Below, in pieces: positions 1 to 12,737 of a stretch of 64,000 nucleotides of DNA. Both the position numbers and the translations under genes were made by a program. Origin of the DNA: Octopus sinensis (Eukaryota); the NCBI RefSeq assembly GCF_006345805.1, contig NC_043004.1, positions 103,354,001 through 103,418,000 of the forward strand, read 5' to 3'. The first letter of the stretch is position 1; each line of letters opens with the position of its first letter. The notes under the pieces are model-generated. The model made no database searches, was not told where the DNA came from, and saw only the letters and a program-made list of their open reading frames with translations.

Positions 1-58
1 GGAACTATGTGGGGTGCAAGCAAGCTACATACCACACAGCCACTCCTATGCCTTCAGT

Positions 59-59
59 G

Positions 60-120
<61 letters not shown>

Positions 121-169
121 ATGTATGTATGTATGTATGTATGCATGTATGTATAGAGTGTTAGGTGTG

Positions 170-220
<51 letters not shown>

Positions 221-226
221 TATATA
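59..226. repeat. Compound (TA)n/(TG)n/(TATG)n microsatellite
   Basis: Direct reading. Confidence 0.95.
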
Positions 227-429
227 AGTCACCATGAGAAGCCATCAGGCATTGACTATGAAGCTACGCATTTGTAACATTGAGGGTTTTGTGGTGTTTT
301 GCTCATACGTATGAAGGGCGTAGAACATCATTTTGCTTGACAAGTGTAACCAGTGAACCATTGTGTCACTGTGTTACTTAATGAGACTGTTAGACATTTA
401 TTTTGTCAATTGGAGGGTATTTTCAATGT

Positions 430-1010
430 CTTTCTTCACGAAACAAAACATGTCAGGTTTAAAATGGTTAGATTATGTTTGGATGATGCCAATGTTAACG
501 AATAATGAAGGGTGTAATCATTTGCACAAGTGTGATTAGAAGAAACACGAAGTAGGCTAATAACACATAACCGGAAGCATGTCGGAAACGTAACCGAAAC
601 CTGGATTGATACAATACTCCTCAGAAACAGCCCAAACAGTGCATGCTGCAATTTTGGCAGTCTATCAGGAAATCTTCGACTCGAAAGATAAAAAGGCCTA
701 AAAAGGCAATAAGCAAGCAGCTGAGCTAAGTGATCCACATGTCAAACACGATCAAATGCATTATTAGTGCTATGGTGAACATTTCTTCTGAAGGTTCTCA
801 GGGGCAAAAAGAAAAAAACCCTCAGGTGTATAACATAATTCTCGGTAAATCTGTATTTGCAGAAATCGTACAGGCAGTCACTAAAACGGGGCATAAAGAC
901 TCAAGATAAAGACGGGAATGCTTGCTTATGATTGTCGTTATCAATGCTGCAGCATGGTCGGGCTGTCGTTGAAATTGTTTCCCTCGGGAATGAAACATCA
1001 TTGTGTGCAT
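430..1010 (-). mobile_element. Ancient CR1/L2-like LINE RT fragment
   Basis: Degenerate FSDCLYDFCKYRFT (for LSDRQYGFR..RST), NAFDRV and CANDYTLHYS (for YADD.TLHYS). Confidence 0.55.
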
Positions 1011-1453
1011 CCATGAATTAAAATAGATCCCAATAGAGGGATAAACTAAAGAGTTTGGTGAGAATATCTGGGGTTAATATTTAAGGATCACTACTTCAGG
1101 GTCGAAAAAGATGTTTTTGCTGTTGCTATTTTTGTTGTTGTTGTTGTTGTTTTGTGAAGCAGAGCTACACTCAAAGATCAAAGATATTCAAGGTCGTATT
1201 TCAGTCAAAAATTGTGTACTCTCTGGCCTACTTTTCTCACTTATCTAATATATATATATATATTTTATGCAGTAAAGTATTTTTAAGGAGACTTGGCTGC
1301 TGGTTATTGCAGGTCTTATGACCACAGAAGAGGTTTCTTCATTGCCTCAGAATCAGAAAGTAATGTGCCTACATTCTTATATTTTCCTCCTACTGCTAAG
1401 ATTTTCTAACGCACGCGCGCATGCACACGCACATTCATTAATGACGAACAAAC

Positions 1454-1539
<86 letters not shown>

Positions 1540-1566
1540 GGAGGGAGGGACAGACAGACATCCCCT

Positions 1567-1606
<40 letters not shown>

Positions 1607-1620
1607 GGCAGACGGATAGA
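1454..1620. repeat. (GATA)n then (GACA)n microsatellite
   Basis: Direct reading. Confidence 0.95.
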
Positions 1621-1629
1621 GTTGGGAGC

Positions 1630-2009
1630 TTACTTACTTACTTTTTACTCTTCTACTTGTTTCAGTCATTTGACTGCGGCCATGCTGGAGCACCGCCTTT
1701 AGTCGAGCAAATCGACCCCGGGACTTATTCTTTGTAAGCTCAGTACTTCTTCTATCGGTCTCTTTTGCCGAACCGCTAAGTGACGGGGACGTAAACACAC
1801 CAGCATCGGTTGTCAAACAATGCTAGGGGGACAAACACAGACACACAAACACACACACATACATATATATATATACATATATACGACAGGTTTCTTTCAG
1901 TTTCCGCCTACCAAATCCACTCACAAGGCATTAGTCGGCCCGGGGCTATAGCAGAAGTCACTTGCCCAAGATGCCACGCAGTGGGACTGAACCCGGAACC
2001 ATGTGGTTG
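1630..2009 (-). mobile_element. tRNA-derived SINE family A
   Basis: Shared head, ccttgggcaag core, internal (TA)/(CA) spacer, aaaagagt tail. Confidence 0.85.
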
Positions 2010-2099
2010 CGCCTAGTAGCTTAAGTAGTTTCCTTCAAATAAATTTCACTCTCAAGGTTGTTGCAGAACATAGAGTTTCTCGGGGAGGCAGAGTTAGTA

Positions 2100-2510
2100 A
2101 TTAATAACACCAAAAACATTTCCAGGACCATTCGCCATTTTTCGAGAATTGCTGAAGCATACAAAATTATCGCTCAGAATCAGTCTTTTCACTCTGTTCC
2201 TGAAAATAGAGGAAAGCCAGCGAGTCTTATTTGCATTTAAAGATCTAAATATTCTTCTAAACCGTCTCTAAATCTTTCGCCCATCTCTTGGTCCAACTCA
2301 CATGATTTTCTGAGTAAGACAATTGCAGAGAAAAACAGAAACTCCTGTTGTTTGTCTTATACGATCTAGAAGAAGTTTTCGATAATGTACCAACAGATGT
2401 CATGCAGATGGCTCTTCCACGTTTTGATTGTCCAAATCACTTTAGCTCATTGTTTTAAGCACTACTCGACAATGTTATGCTATGTTCAGAACCAAATCTT
2501 TCAGATAAAG
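2100..2510 (+). mobile_element. Ancient RTE RT fragment
   Basis: YDLEEVFDNVP...LPRFDCP resembles VDL.KAFD.V...L.KFGCP. Confidence 0.5.
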
Positions 2511-2589
2511 AAAAAAAGAAATATGATAAAAATAATGTGTACACGATCCACATTTTCTAAACTATCGCCAAGAATAGCTTTATTGATTA

Positions 2590-2876
2590 CTAGCAGTATC
2601 GCCCGGCGTTGCTCGGGTTTGTAAGGGAAAAAACTATATAAGCATTTTTAGAGAGTTACTTCCCTTATATAATAGCAAAAAATTGCATTAAAAATGGGAA
2701 AAAATTATGGTAAATTTTTTTTAAATCGTAGACGCGCGCTAATACCCAGAAGGGCTCGATATGAATCACGACTATAAGATACCCGCTTTTGGTTACACTG
2801 CACCGCAAAATGTGGGAGTAGTTACGAATCTAAATCGTAGGAGACATACACACAACTTCACTTTTATATATAAAGA
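2590..2876 (-). mobile_element. Non-autonomous Helitron, copy 1
   Basis: 5' TC, 3' CTAG, CCCGAGCAACGCCGGG hairpin, A|T insertion, no TSD. Confidence 0.82.
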
Positions 2877-3118
2877 TGATGGTCAGAGCATTGCAAAAAA
2901 CCTCGAGTCTTTGACAAACTGACTCGCAAAGCATGCGAAAAGTGTTTATTTTCAGCAGGCCACGACGAAGAGGTTAACTACCGAAGAAACGCGAAGTAGA
3001 AAAAGTCGATGAAAGGTCAAATAGATAATGTACATATGTGGCTAGTAGTTGTGAAATAATACATGCAACATAATCAGTCTTTCAGTAAGTTGAACGAAAA
3101 GTATTGTCAATTTATGAA

Positions 3119-3159
3119 ACTACTACTACTACTACTACTACTACTACTGCTGCTGCTGA

Positions 3160-3191
<32 letters not shown>

Positions 3192-3192
3192 T
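3119..3192. repeat. (CTA)n/(CTG)n microsatellite
   Basis: Direct reading. Confidence 0.95.
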
Positions 3193-3559
3193 AGAAAGCT
3201 AAATCATTTTCAAGTGAATATGCTGAAAACTTCTCCAGTCTTATATGTTTTACATAATGAGTTCGTCAATCTGAGAAAGCGAATTACAGGGAAGTAACTC
3301 TTACCCACTTTAAAATGTTCTGTGGTGAATTTTTTAGTCACTGGAAAGTCACTTTGTACCCAAGTAGTTTACACATTTTTAGTTTTAAGTAAATTATTAT
3401 AAATAAGCCATCTAATTTCCCAACATATTTATAAAAAACAATTCCCTAATATAAAAGACCTAGAAATTTCAAAAATCTATTCATGAAAACAAGGGATAAT
3501 AAAAGGTATTTTGAAAGCTAACCATAACTTTTATTCACTGAATGAAAGTTTATCCAAGA

Positions 3560-3949
3560 CTAGCAGTATCGCCCGGCGTTGCTCGGATTTGTAAGGGAAA
3601 TAACTATATAAGCATTTTTAAAGAGTTATAGCCAAAAAATGCATTCAAAATGGAAAAAAATGATGGTAAATTTTTTTTTAAATCGTTGACTCATCGTAGA
3701 CATTTTTAGAGAGTTACTTCCCTTATATAATAGCGAAAAAATGCATTAAAATGGAAAAAAATTATGGCAAATTTTTTTTTAAAATCGTAGACTCATCGTA
3801 GACGCGCGCTAATACCCAGAAGGGCTCGATATGAATCACGACTATAAGATACCCGGTTTTGGTTAAACTGCACCGCAAAATGTGGGAGTAGTTAGGAATC
3901 TAAATCGTAGGAGACAGACAGCACTCAACCTCACTTTTATATATAAAGA
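3560..3949 (-). mobile_element. Non-autonomous Helitron, copy 2 (internal duplication)
   Basis: Same termini and body as copy 1. Confidence 0.82.
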
Positions 3950-4133
3950 TTACTTGAAAATGTTTACATTCAATTTCTCTTAAATCAACTCATTACAAGT
4001 GTAATGAAGTTTTGCTTCCAACTGGGGCTCGACTAGAAGTCGACTTGATGCATTTTTAGGTCTCTTAAAAACAACCCCTCAAACATATTTAATTTCAATT
4101 TTCTGAAATCTATTTTATCAGCATATTCCATAA

Positions 4134-4336
4134 TTACTCTTTTACTCTTTTACTTGTTTCAGTCATTTGACTGTGGCCATGCTGGAGCACCGCCTTTTAG
4201 TCGAGCAAATCGAATCCAGGACTTATTCTTTGTAAGTCTAGTACTTATCCTATCGGTCTCTTTTGCCGAGCCGCTAAGTTACGGGCACGTAAACACACCA
4301 GCATCGGTTGTCAAGTGATGTTGGGGGACAAACACA

Positions 4337-4372
<36 letters not shown>

Positions 4373-4386
4373 ACACACACACATAT

Positions 4387-4439
<53 letters not shown>

Positions 4440-4573
4440 GACGGATGTCTTTCAGTTTCCGTCTACCAAATCCACTCACAAGGCTTTGGTCGGCCCGAGG
4501 CTATATTAAAAGACACTAGCCCAAGGTGCTACGCAGTGGGACTGAACCCGGAACATGTGGTTTGTAAGCAAGT
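4134..4573 (-). mobile_element. SINE family A
   Basis: Same consensus. Confidence 0.85.
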
Positions 4574-5365
4574 ATAATTTTTTTTATAAATCTCTGAATT
4601 GCTCAAATCTGCTAGAAAACTAATCAGTTAGAACTTTTTAAGATTCCTACAGATAGTTTCTTTAAAATTTCTTTACTGTTGGGATATACTTGAAACGTTT
4701 ACTTCCCAGATAATGCTCAAAATACCGAGTTTGCTCTTATTTAAGCCCTTCGCTTCCTACAGAGCATGAGCCATCAGTGGCTTTTCTCCACAGTTCTCGA
4801 TTCTGAGACCCGGATTTTGTTGGTTTTGAATTGTCATCGATTCTTCTATAATTTTACATTCTCTAGGTCAGTGGTTCCCAACCTGTGGTACGCGAGGGCT
4901 TTCCGGGTGGTATGAGAGGGCTTTCTAGGTGGTACGCGAGCACTTTCGGGGTAATATGCGGTTTTTAATTTGTGCTTTTTTCCAGCATGTGATTGATGCT
5001 TTCCAAATCAATCAACCAGTAGTCAGTACTTTTCGATTACTGGCATACCATTGGTTACCTTTTATTCGCTCTCTGTACAGCGATCAGCACCGTCCAACCA
5101 ATGCGCGCGATCTTGAGTATGGTGTGACCTTGAGGTGCACGCGCGTATAAAATGCACCGTGAGCTCATTAATGAATGCAGTTGTTTCTTTGGTTTCTGGT
5201 GCGTGTCTTTGTTCTCTCTCTTGGCTAAGTAGAAGCTGACTGGGGCTAGCGAGGCAAGCATGCCGGTACAAGTTAATATTCTCTTCACAAAAATGTTTTC
5301 TGCCTTACACAAAGTAAACTGGCAACGATTTGCTACTTTCATACTCATAATTTTCTTATTGTGTA

Positions 5366-5755
5366 CTAGCAGTATCGCCCGGCGTTGCTCGGGTTTGTAA
5401 GGGAAATAACTATATAAGCATTTTTAGAGATGTAAAGTATAATAGCCATCTCAATATGGCTAACCACAAAGTGGGGTGTTACTGTAGCTTTTTACGTTCT
5501 GAGATTTAATAAATTTTTAGAGAGTTACTTCCTTTATATATGCCAAAAATGCATTAAAAATGGGAAAAATTGATGGTAATTTTTTTTTTAAATCGTAGAC
5601 TCATCGTAGACGCGCTAATACCCAGAAGGGCTTGATATGAATCACAACTATAAGATACCCGCTTTTGGTTAAACTGCACCGCAAAATGTGGGAGTAGTTA
5701 GGAATCTAAATCGTAGGAGACAGACAGCACACAACCTCTCTTTTATATATAAAGA
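5366..5755 (-). mobile_element. Non-autonomous Helitron, copy 3, nested in the hAT
   Basis: Same termini. Lies between the hAT TIR and the transposase. Confidence 0.82.
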
Positions 5756-5861
5756 TATTCTTATTAGTAGTATTAATATCAATTTGTATATTTTTTTATT
5801 TTTATATTTCTTTATTTCTTGATAGATTAATGTTTTTCACTTTTCCACAGGATTTGATAAC

Positions 5862-7555
5862 ATGCCAAAGCGAAACGATGACCCTGCGTACATAGAGTAT
5901 GGCTTCATTGCAATCGAACGCGGAGGAGAAGCTCTTCTGCAGTGTGTGGTCTGTATGAAGTCCTTTCCCAATGCGGCCATGAAACTCAGCCTGCTCAAAT
6001 GTCATCTTGAGACGAATCACGCGGACATGAAGGACCGAGATCCAAATTACTTCCAGCGACTTGGTAAGAAGTAAAGCGGCAGCGCGTAGACAAGACTGCT
6101 CAGATCTACAAGGAATTGTGAAAGCATCCTATGAAGTTGCTCTCCTGGCGGCCAAAAACATGAAGGCGCATACCATTGCAGAGTCTCTCGTCATGCCAGC
6201 GGCAAAGATCTTGGATAGGCACGTGATTGGAGAGGAGGCAGCGGCGAAGTTGGAGAGTGTTTCCGTCTCTAACAACACTGTACAGCGCCGTATCGAAGAG
6301 ATGTCGGTCATTATTGCCGACCAAGTGATTGAGGTGGGTGAGAGCCTCAAAGTATGGGTTTACCATTCAACTCGACGAATCGACGGACGTCACCAACTGC
6401 TGTCAACTACTTGCCTACGTCCGCTTCACGTAGAATCATGCTGTGAAGACTGAGCCACTGCTGAGCCAAGAGCTGTCTAGTACAACGAAAGGAAAGGATA
6501 TTTTCGACGTTTTGGACAATTTCTGCAAGCAGAATGAACTGGATTGGGGAAAGTTGGTCGGATGCACGACAGATGGGGCTCCATCTATGCTCGGTCGAAA
6601 GTCAGGTTTTCAAGCCCATGCGAAAGCTGTGTCACCGAACGCCACCGCTGTCCGTTGTTTCATACACAGATTCGCCCTTTGTGCTCAGGTGCTCCCTCCG
6701 AAGTTCTTATCATGCTCGAACCGAGTTATCAGAATCGTGAATTTCGTCAAAACGTCGGCTCTGAATACTCGGCTGTTCAAGCTGCTCTGTGAAAATTCCG
6801 GCTCCGACCACATCTGTCTCCTCTACCACATAGAGGTTCACTGACTTTCCCAGGGTGATGCGACGAGGCATCTCTTTGGACTGAGGGATGAACTTCTTGT
6901 TTCCTTCACTGAGAAGGAACACGGTTTTCAAAAAGATCTGGAGGACGAGGAGTTTATCTTAAGGTTAACCTACCTGTCGAACATTTTTGGAACCCTCAAC
7001 CACTTAAATCTGTCGTTTCAAGAACACAACTGCACTGTCACACAACTGCACTGCACGCTGGGAGGGTTTGTCCGGAAGTTGGATCTGTGGTTCAAGAACG
7101 TGGAGAACAAACGCTACGGAATGTTCGAACTCCTGACTACACTTGACAGCGAGCCCAGTGATGAATTTGCCCAAGAAATCGTCCGTCACCTCTCACTGCT
7201 CAAGATTGAGTTGATGCCTTACTTCTTGGACGAGACATATTGTGTCTACATCGCCAATCCATTCTCAGTTGATCCAGCTGAGTTGTCTGTCAGGACCGGG
7301 GAACAAGAGGAACTCATAGATATCCAAGCTGACGAGACAGCTCTCCTATAAACTTTTGGCTAAGCATGACCTTCTCATACCCGATGCTAGCCCGTTACGC
7401 TGTTCCCTAGCTACTTATTTTCCCCCTCTACGTAGGAGTGTGAGCAGGGGTTCTCAGCCTTACTGGCCACCCAGTCGAAGAGCCGTCTTGTTGCGCCCGG
7501 TCATGATCTCCGATGCGTTGTGAGTAAGGTTATGCCTCGCATTGACCAGCTAATT
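5862..7555 (+). pseudogene. hAT transposase pseudogene (ZBED5/ZBED8/FAM200-like family)
   Basis: BED-like C2H2, IQLDESTD, TDGAPSM, CFIHR and FPSTxECEQGFS motifs across several frameshifted ORFs. Confidence 0.88.
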
Positions 7556-7943
7556 GTTTTAGGTGTTTGTGTAAGCCTTGAGTAAACACCCCCACCTCAT
7601 CCACGCATCCTTGGCCCAGCTGGAGAGAGAGAGTGGGGGTTACACCTACACTCTGGCTGGAAACGTGAAGTGAAGTACCTTTCTGAAGGACATAATGCGT
7701 CGCATGGTCCAAGAAGAGAAACCACAACTTTATAATCGCGAGCCAAACACCCCACTATCTACTAGGACACGCGCCTTCACCTCATCTGATCTTTGGCCAG
7801 GATTAAAAAAAAACCAGTAACTTTCTTGTTGTAGTTGGTAATTGAACTGGAACACAAAGATGTGTCGTGCACTTAACATTGCCGTTGACATCTACTGTTA
7901 TGAATGCACAAATGATGTTCATTGTATGATATGGCATTTAAGT

Positions 7944-8331
7944 GTGGAGGCGCAATGGCCCAGTGGTTAGGGCAGCGGACTCGCGGTCGTAGGATCGTGG
8001 TTTCGATTCCCAGACCGGGCGTTGTGAGTGTTTATTGAGCGAAAACACCTAAAGCTCCACGAGGCTCCGGCAGGGGATGGTGGTGATCCCTGCTGTACTC
8101 TTTCACCACAACTTTCTCTCGCTCTTACTTCCTGTTTCTGTTGTACCTGTATTTCAAAGGGCCGGCCTTGTCACTCTCTGTGTCACGCTGAATATCCCCG
8201 AGAACTACGTTAAGGGTACACGTGTCTGTGGAGTGCTCAGCCACTTACACGTTAATTTCACGAGCAGGCTGTTCCGTTGATCGGATCAACCGGAACCCTC
8301 GTCGTCGTAACCGACGGAGTGCTTCCATTCC
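7944..8331 (+). mobile_element. tRNA-derived SINE family C
   Basis: A/B boxes. 13-bp TSD atggcattt(a/g)agt at 7931-7943 and 8332-8344. Confidence 0.85.
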
Positions 8332-8762
8332 ATGGCATTTGAGTTCAAATCCTGTCATGTCAACTTCACCTTGCATCCCTCTAAGTTCAATAAAGTGAAA
8401 TACCAGTCAAGGGTTAACAGTATCAACTAATCCTTCTTTTAGAATTGTTGGCCTTGTACCTATATTAAATGTGAGGGCATCGAGGTGACAGAATAGTTTG
8501 AGCGTCGGAAAAAATATTTTACAATATTTCTTCCTGCTCTTTACATTCCGAATTCAAGTCCCCCATATCCAACCTTAGGTCAACGGTAAAAATAAAGCAC
8601 CAGTCTAGTACTGCACTCAGTGGTATTTACCACACCCCTACCCTCAAAATTACTGGCTACGTACCTAAATCAGGAACCATGGTATAGTAAGGCGTTGTAG
8701 CACAATCTCGAGGTCCGTAAAGGAATTTCTTTAACTTCTTTGCCGAACATTGGTTGGATGTG

Positions 8763-9402
8763 TGTAGCGGGTTGGATGTGATGTGTCATATCAGGTCGAT
8801 AGGATGTAGCCCACTACTGAAAGTAGCGTATAGATGTAACGCTTCAAGGTTCTCGCGTCGGAGTAACCAGTAAACATTGAAGAATCAACACCAAGAAGGA
8901 AGAAATATTATTTACATATGTTTATTCGTTTACCTGACAGGTAGTTAAAGAGACAGTAGCAAGGTTGGCTCGCTGATTAGCAATTGATAGTGTAGAAAAA
9001 GGTTGTCTGTCAGTAGAGAGTGAAAGAGTAAGGAATGCACGGTGCTGACTAGAAAGGAAGAAAGGATAAAGGTGGCATCGTCTTGCAGCCGAAAGGAAAG
9101 TGCTGCTCTTGGTCATGGTTGACGCAAAAGAGTGTGTTGCTCCTTGGGCTGTCTGACGCAAGAGATAGGGTGTTGCTCCTTGGTCATAGCTGACACATAA
9201 GAGGAAGAGATAGGAAATTCTCTCTGTTATATAGACTATGGTCAGCAAAGGCCTAACTTTCCTTGACCAGCACAGGTCCTAGGGGGTCGAGTGTTTCCTC
9301 ATCAATCATCTGGTGTGGAGATGATTTCCTGCTCGTTTTGGCAAGCAACAAGCAGTTGGATTTAGTTTCAAATCTCAGGCAGGGTCAAGCTAGATCTCTA
9401 CA
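8763..9402 (-). mobile_element. Solo LTR (Gypsy-like)
   Basis: TGTAG...CTACA termini, 4-bp TSD TGTG, minus-strand TATATAA (9227-9233) and AATAAA (8921-8926), three approx. 35-bp internal repeats. Confidence 0.65.
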
Positions 9403-10659
9403 TGTGTTTCAATCCACAATATACATGGTATTCTGGGAGGTGAGAATGCAAAACGTTGTGATGAGTTAGTGTTTCTATATTTAATGCAACAAACATTTAA
9501 AAACTATTTGGAAATAATTGTGCAATGAGAAAACATCAAAACTATTTATTTGCAGATATTTTTTAATAATTATTGTATCAAGTGCAGAAGACAACTCCGG
9601 ACCTGTTTTAGTCTTATATGAATCTTAAGCGAAACATAGACTTCACTTACTTTGTTGAAATTGTGATGAAAGAATCTTTGAGATGATGTACAATATTGTA
9701 CACGAGCAAGTATAAGATTTACGTTTAGATAATGTGACTGCGTATGACTTTATACTGCATCCAGTCGAGGGACTCTGGTTCGGAGTTTAAGGGTTTTGAA
9801 GAGTGTGGAATCATCTATCAGCCATTATTATTCCCAGGTCTTCTCTGAGCCGGAAAAGTAGCACCTGTCAAGGTCCCAGTTACATGTTAAATAACATATA
9901 ACTTACCCGAGCCAGGGTACGTTGAAATCACAGGATGCGGCATGGTGGATGTGAACTATTTTGACAAATGAACTTATTGAAACAATGGCGAATATCTCTG
10001 TTCCGAGAAAGTCGACCGACCTAGATGGTAGATGATGGATGAGAGAATATATGACCGAAAGATCAGTTAGTTAACATCTTCAAGAGATCACTCATAAGCT
10101 TAATCTATCTTAAGATGTAATACAATTGCTTGCTGACTGGCGTTTTGGTACCCACAAGTAGGTGATCAGTTTCCACCAGAAAACGCAGTACCCATTCACG
10201 GCTATTTTGTAAACTGAAGCAGGTAGAATCGAATTTCCAGTTACACGCTGTATTTAATTTACAACGAATTAGAACCCAAGTGTCATGACTTTGTGACCCA
10301 TTATCGTATTTTCTGTGTCATACAATTACATACTCTGATCCCGAAATGCATAATACTAGCAACAAATTTTAATTGATGACCCGTAATTTAATAGTTCAAT
10401 ACCTTATTCACCACATTATACGACATACAAAATCATTATCCATAATTCCTAGTTGTGGATGCAGTCGTGAAACATTAATTTCTCAACAAACTTAATCAAA
10501 GATCCGGTTTCCATTCCCATGTGGAACTAATACTAGAAATGCTTGTAAAAAAAAAATTCCTTATTACAAAATCAAAGTCAACATATCAATATCCACAATC
10601 ATTATTAATCCCATTTTCGAAAACAACTAAATTTATTGCAGCTACCCGGAATAAAGTTC

Positions 10660-10752
10660 AATGTTTGACTTTTATTCTAGCACCGTTTGAAATGCGCGGG
10701 AGTCGAGAAAGTAAATGACGCAGTTTACAAGTTTTCAAGGATTTGAATAAAG
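10660..10752 (+). promoter_or_regulatory. Probable non-coding first exon / TSS region of MDC1 (start approximate)
   Basis: Strong AAG|GTAAGT donor at 10752/10753 in unique, locally CpG-bearing sequence upstream of the ATG exon. Confidence 0.45.
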
Positions 10753-11349
10753 GTAAGTTTATTGCCTCATCCTTCTTAAAACCTGTCTATTTAAAATATA
10801 TACACATATATATATATATACACACACACATATATATATACACACATATATATATATCTGTATGTGTGTACGTATATGTATATCTGTGTACAAACTTTCG
10901 TGTCTGGTCTTCGTTTATTTTTAAAATTAGCCTAAAACTAAAAATTCCTCTCATGTTTTATAAGATTCACAATAAATATTGATTTCTAAGGTGAGCACGA
11001 AGCCTCACAGTGTGAGTGATGGATGAGTATAATCGATTTAAATTGCCTCCAGTCTCTTAATAAATATCGATAATTGATCCATGTACCCAGTCCAATATGT
11101 ATAATTTTCTTATTTGAAATGATAGAAAGTGTTATAAAAACAATATATATGCGTGTGTGAATATAAATATATGTGTATGTTTGTAAGATAGACATTATGT
11201 AGTGTTTTACGTTCTTAACGATTTGGTGTTACATCATATCGACTGTAAATCTAAAGTGTAAAGAGAAGCTCGATACAAATATATAAATGACGCAATTTCA
11301 TGTTTCATGAATACAGTGTCCGTTATTTTCATAAATAGTTGTTGTTTAG

Positions 11350-11544
11350 GCCTCGGTCAGTTCTGATCGATGAAAGTGGTTGCTGCATATACCAAAAGCG
11401 AAAGAAATTCTCAGAAAAATAATCCCAATTATCTCTAAATGAGTTGCCAATCAAAAGAGGATGGAGAGAAACCATGAGCCACGTTTGTTTATTTTCCCGA
11501 ATCAAACATGATAAAATCCATCCAGACAAATTAGTACTATTCCT
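11350..11544 (+). other. Possible second 5'UTR exon
   Basis: ttgtttag acceptor and CCT|GTAAGT donor. All + frames contain stops. Confidence 0.3.
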
Positions 11545-11595
11545 GTAAGTAACGATTATTTGGGTATTTGTTTGGGTACAGAATGCAAAGCTGTC

Positions 11596-11812
11596 GAGCT
11601 GGCAAAATCGTTAGCACGCCGGACACAATACTTAGCGGCATTTCTTCTGTTCTTACTCTCTGAGTTCGAATTCCACCGAGGTTGATTTTCATTTCCTTTC
11701 GTCCTTTCGGGGCTGGTAAAATAATAACCAGTTGAGCGTTGGGGTCAGTGTAATCGATTTAACCACTTCCCCATAATTTCAGGCCTTGTGCCTATACCAG
11801 AAAGGATTATGA
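11596..11812 (+). mobile_element. SINE family B
   Basis: gagctggcag head, ctttcatcctttcggggtcgataaa core. Confidence 0.75.
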
Positions 11813-12737
11813 TAGTAAAACGTACTGCATCATTTTAAGTTCTGTTGCGATCATCCTGTTATCATTTGGCATGTCATTCTACAAACAAGGGACCTCTATT
11901 TGGTCGCCTGGTCTGCTAGAAATAACAGCCAAATTTCATCACCCCATACCTTGCATGCCTGCAAACAGTATCTGAGTCTGAATGTGCTAGGTTTCTGTAA
12001 GAAGCCTGCAAAACTTTAAGTCACATTGAGCCGCATCAAACTATCTTAAATTGTAATAATGTATGCATATATATCATCAAACGCTATATTACTGGTTATG
12101 GTATATAACTGGTCTGAATGTTACTCGCTCGACAGTATTGATGACTCTTCGGATGTGCTGGTCAGAAGTTCATAGTCTTTTTAATACTGGAGACACATAA
12201 ACTGTAATTTGGTTTTGTGATGACAAATATGAGTGTAACGAAATTTAGTAAAAAATATTTGCAGGGTTCAAAGGAAGATGAAAGACGGAATTATTCCCCT
12301 ATGGGTGAAGTTGTCTAGGCTATGTTTGTTTTGTTCTCTTATTCAAAAAGGAACATGACTAGTGTGGGGTTAGTGACAGGAATGGTGTCCAACCTTAAAA
12401 ATCTGCCTTATTGAAATGCATCTAATCCATACAAGCATGGAAAAATGGTCATTAAAATGAGAATGATGATGATACAGTCTGAGCAAGGATGTGAAACCCT
12501 TATTTCACTTTATCAACCCTGAAAGGATAAAAGCAAAGTTGACCTCTGAATTCAAATGCCATTGAGGTCGACTTTGCCTTTCATCCTTTTGGGGTTGATA
12601 AAATAAGTACCAGTTAAGTATTGGGGGTCAATGTAATCGACTTACCCTCTCCCCCAAAATTTGCCGGACTTATGCCAAAATTTAAAACCAGTATTTCATT
12701 AGAATTAGTTACCTTCTTGAATCATACTGATTTATAA

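Larger units (their letters stand above)
4869..7555 (+). mobile_element. hAT DNA transposon, Buster/Charlie type, decayed, 3' end missing
   Basis: 5' TIR CAGTGGTTCCCAACC. Preceding 8-mer ctcTAggt fits the nnnTAnnn target consensus. Transposase remnants downstream. Confidence 0.85.

Noticed and set aside
7556-7940. 3' TIR of the hAT
   Set aside because: No GGTTGGGAACCACTG-like sequence found. A SINE-D and unrelated sequence follow the truncated ORF.
8922-9248. 108-aa minus-strand ORF
   Set aside because: Lies inside the solo LTR and shows no protein similarity.
8696-9402. Alternative LTR start at TGTAG 8696
   Set aside because: Flanks match only 3 of 5 bases, whereas the start at 8763 gives an exact 4-bp TSD.
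11329-11529. 66-aa minus-strand ORF near the promoter
   Set aside because: No recognisable domain and no exon chain. Overlaps a possible + strand UTR exon.
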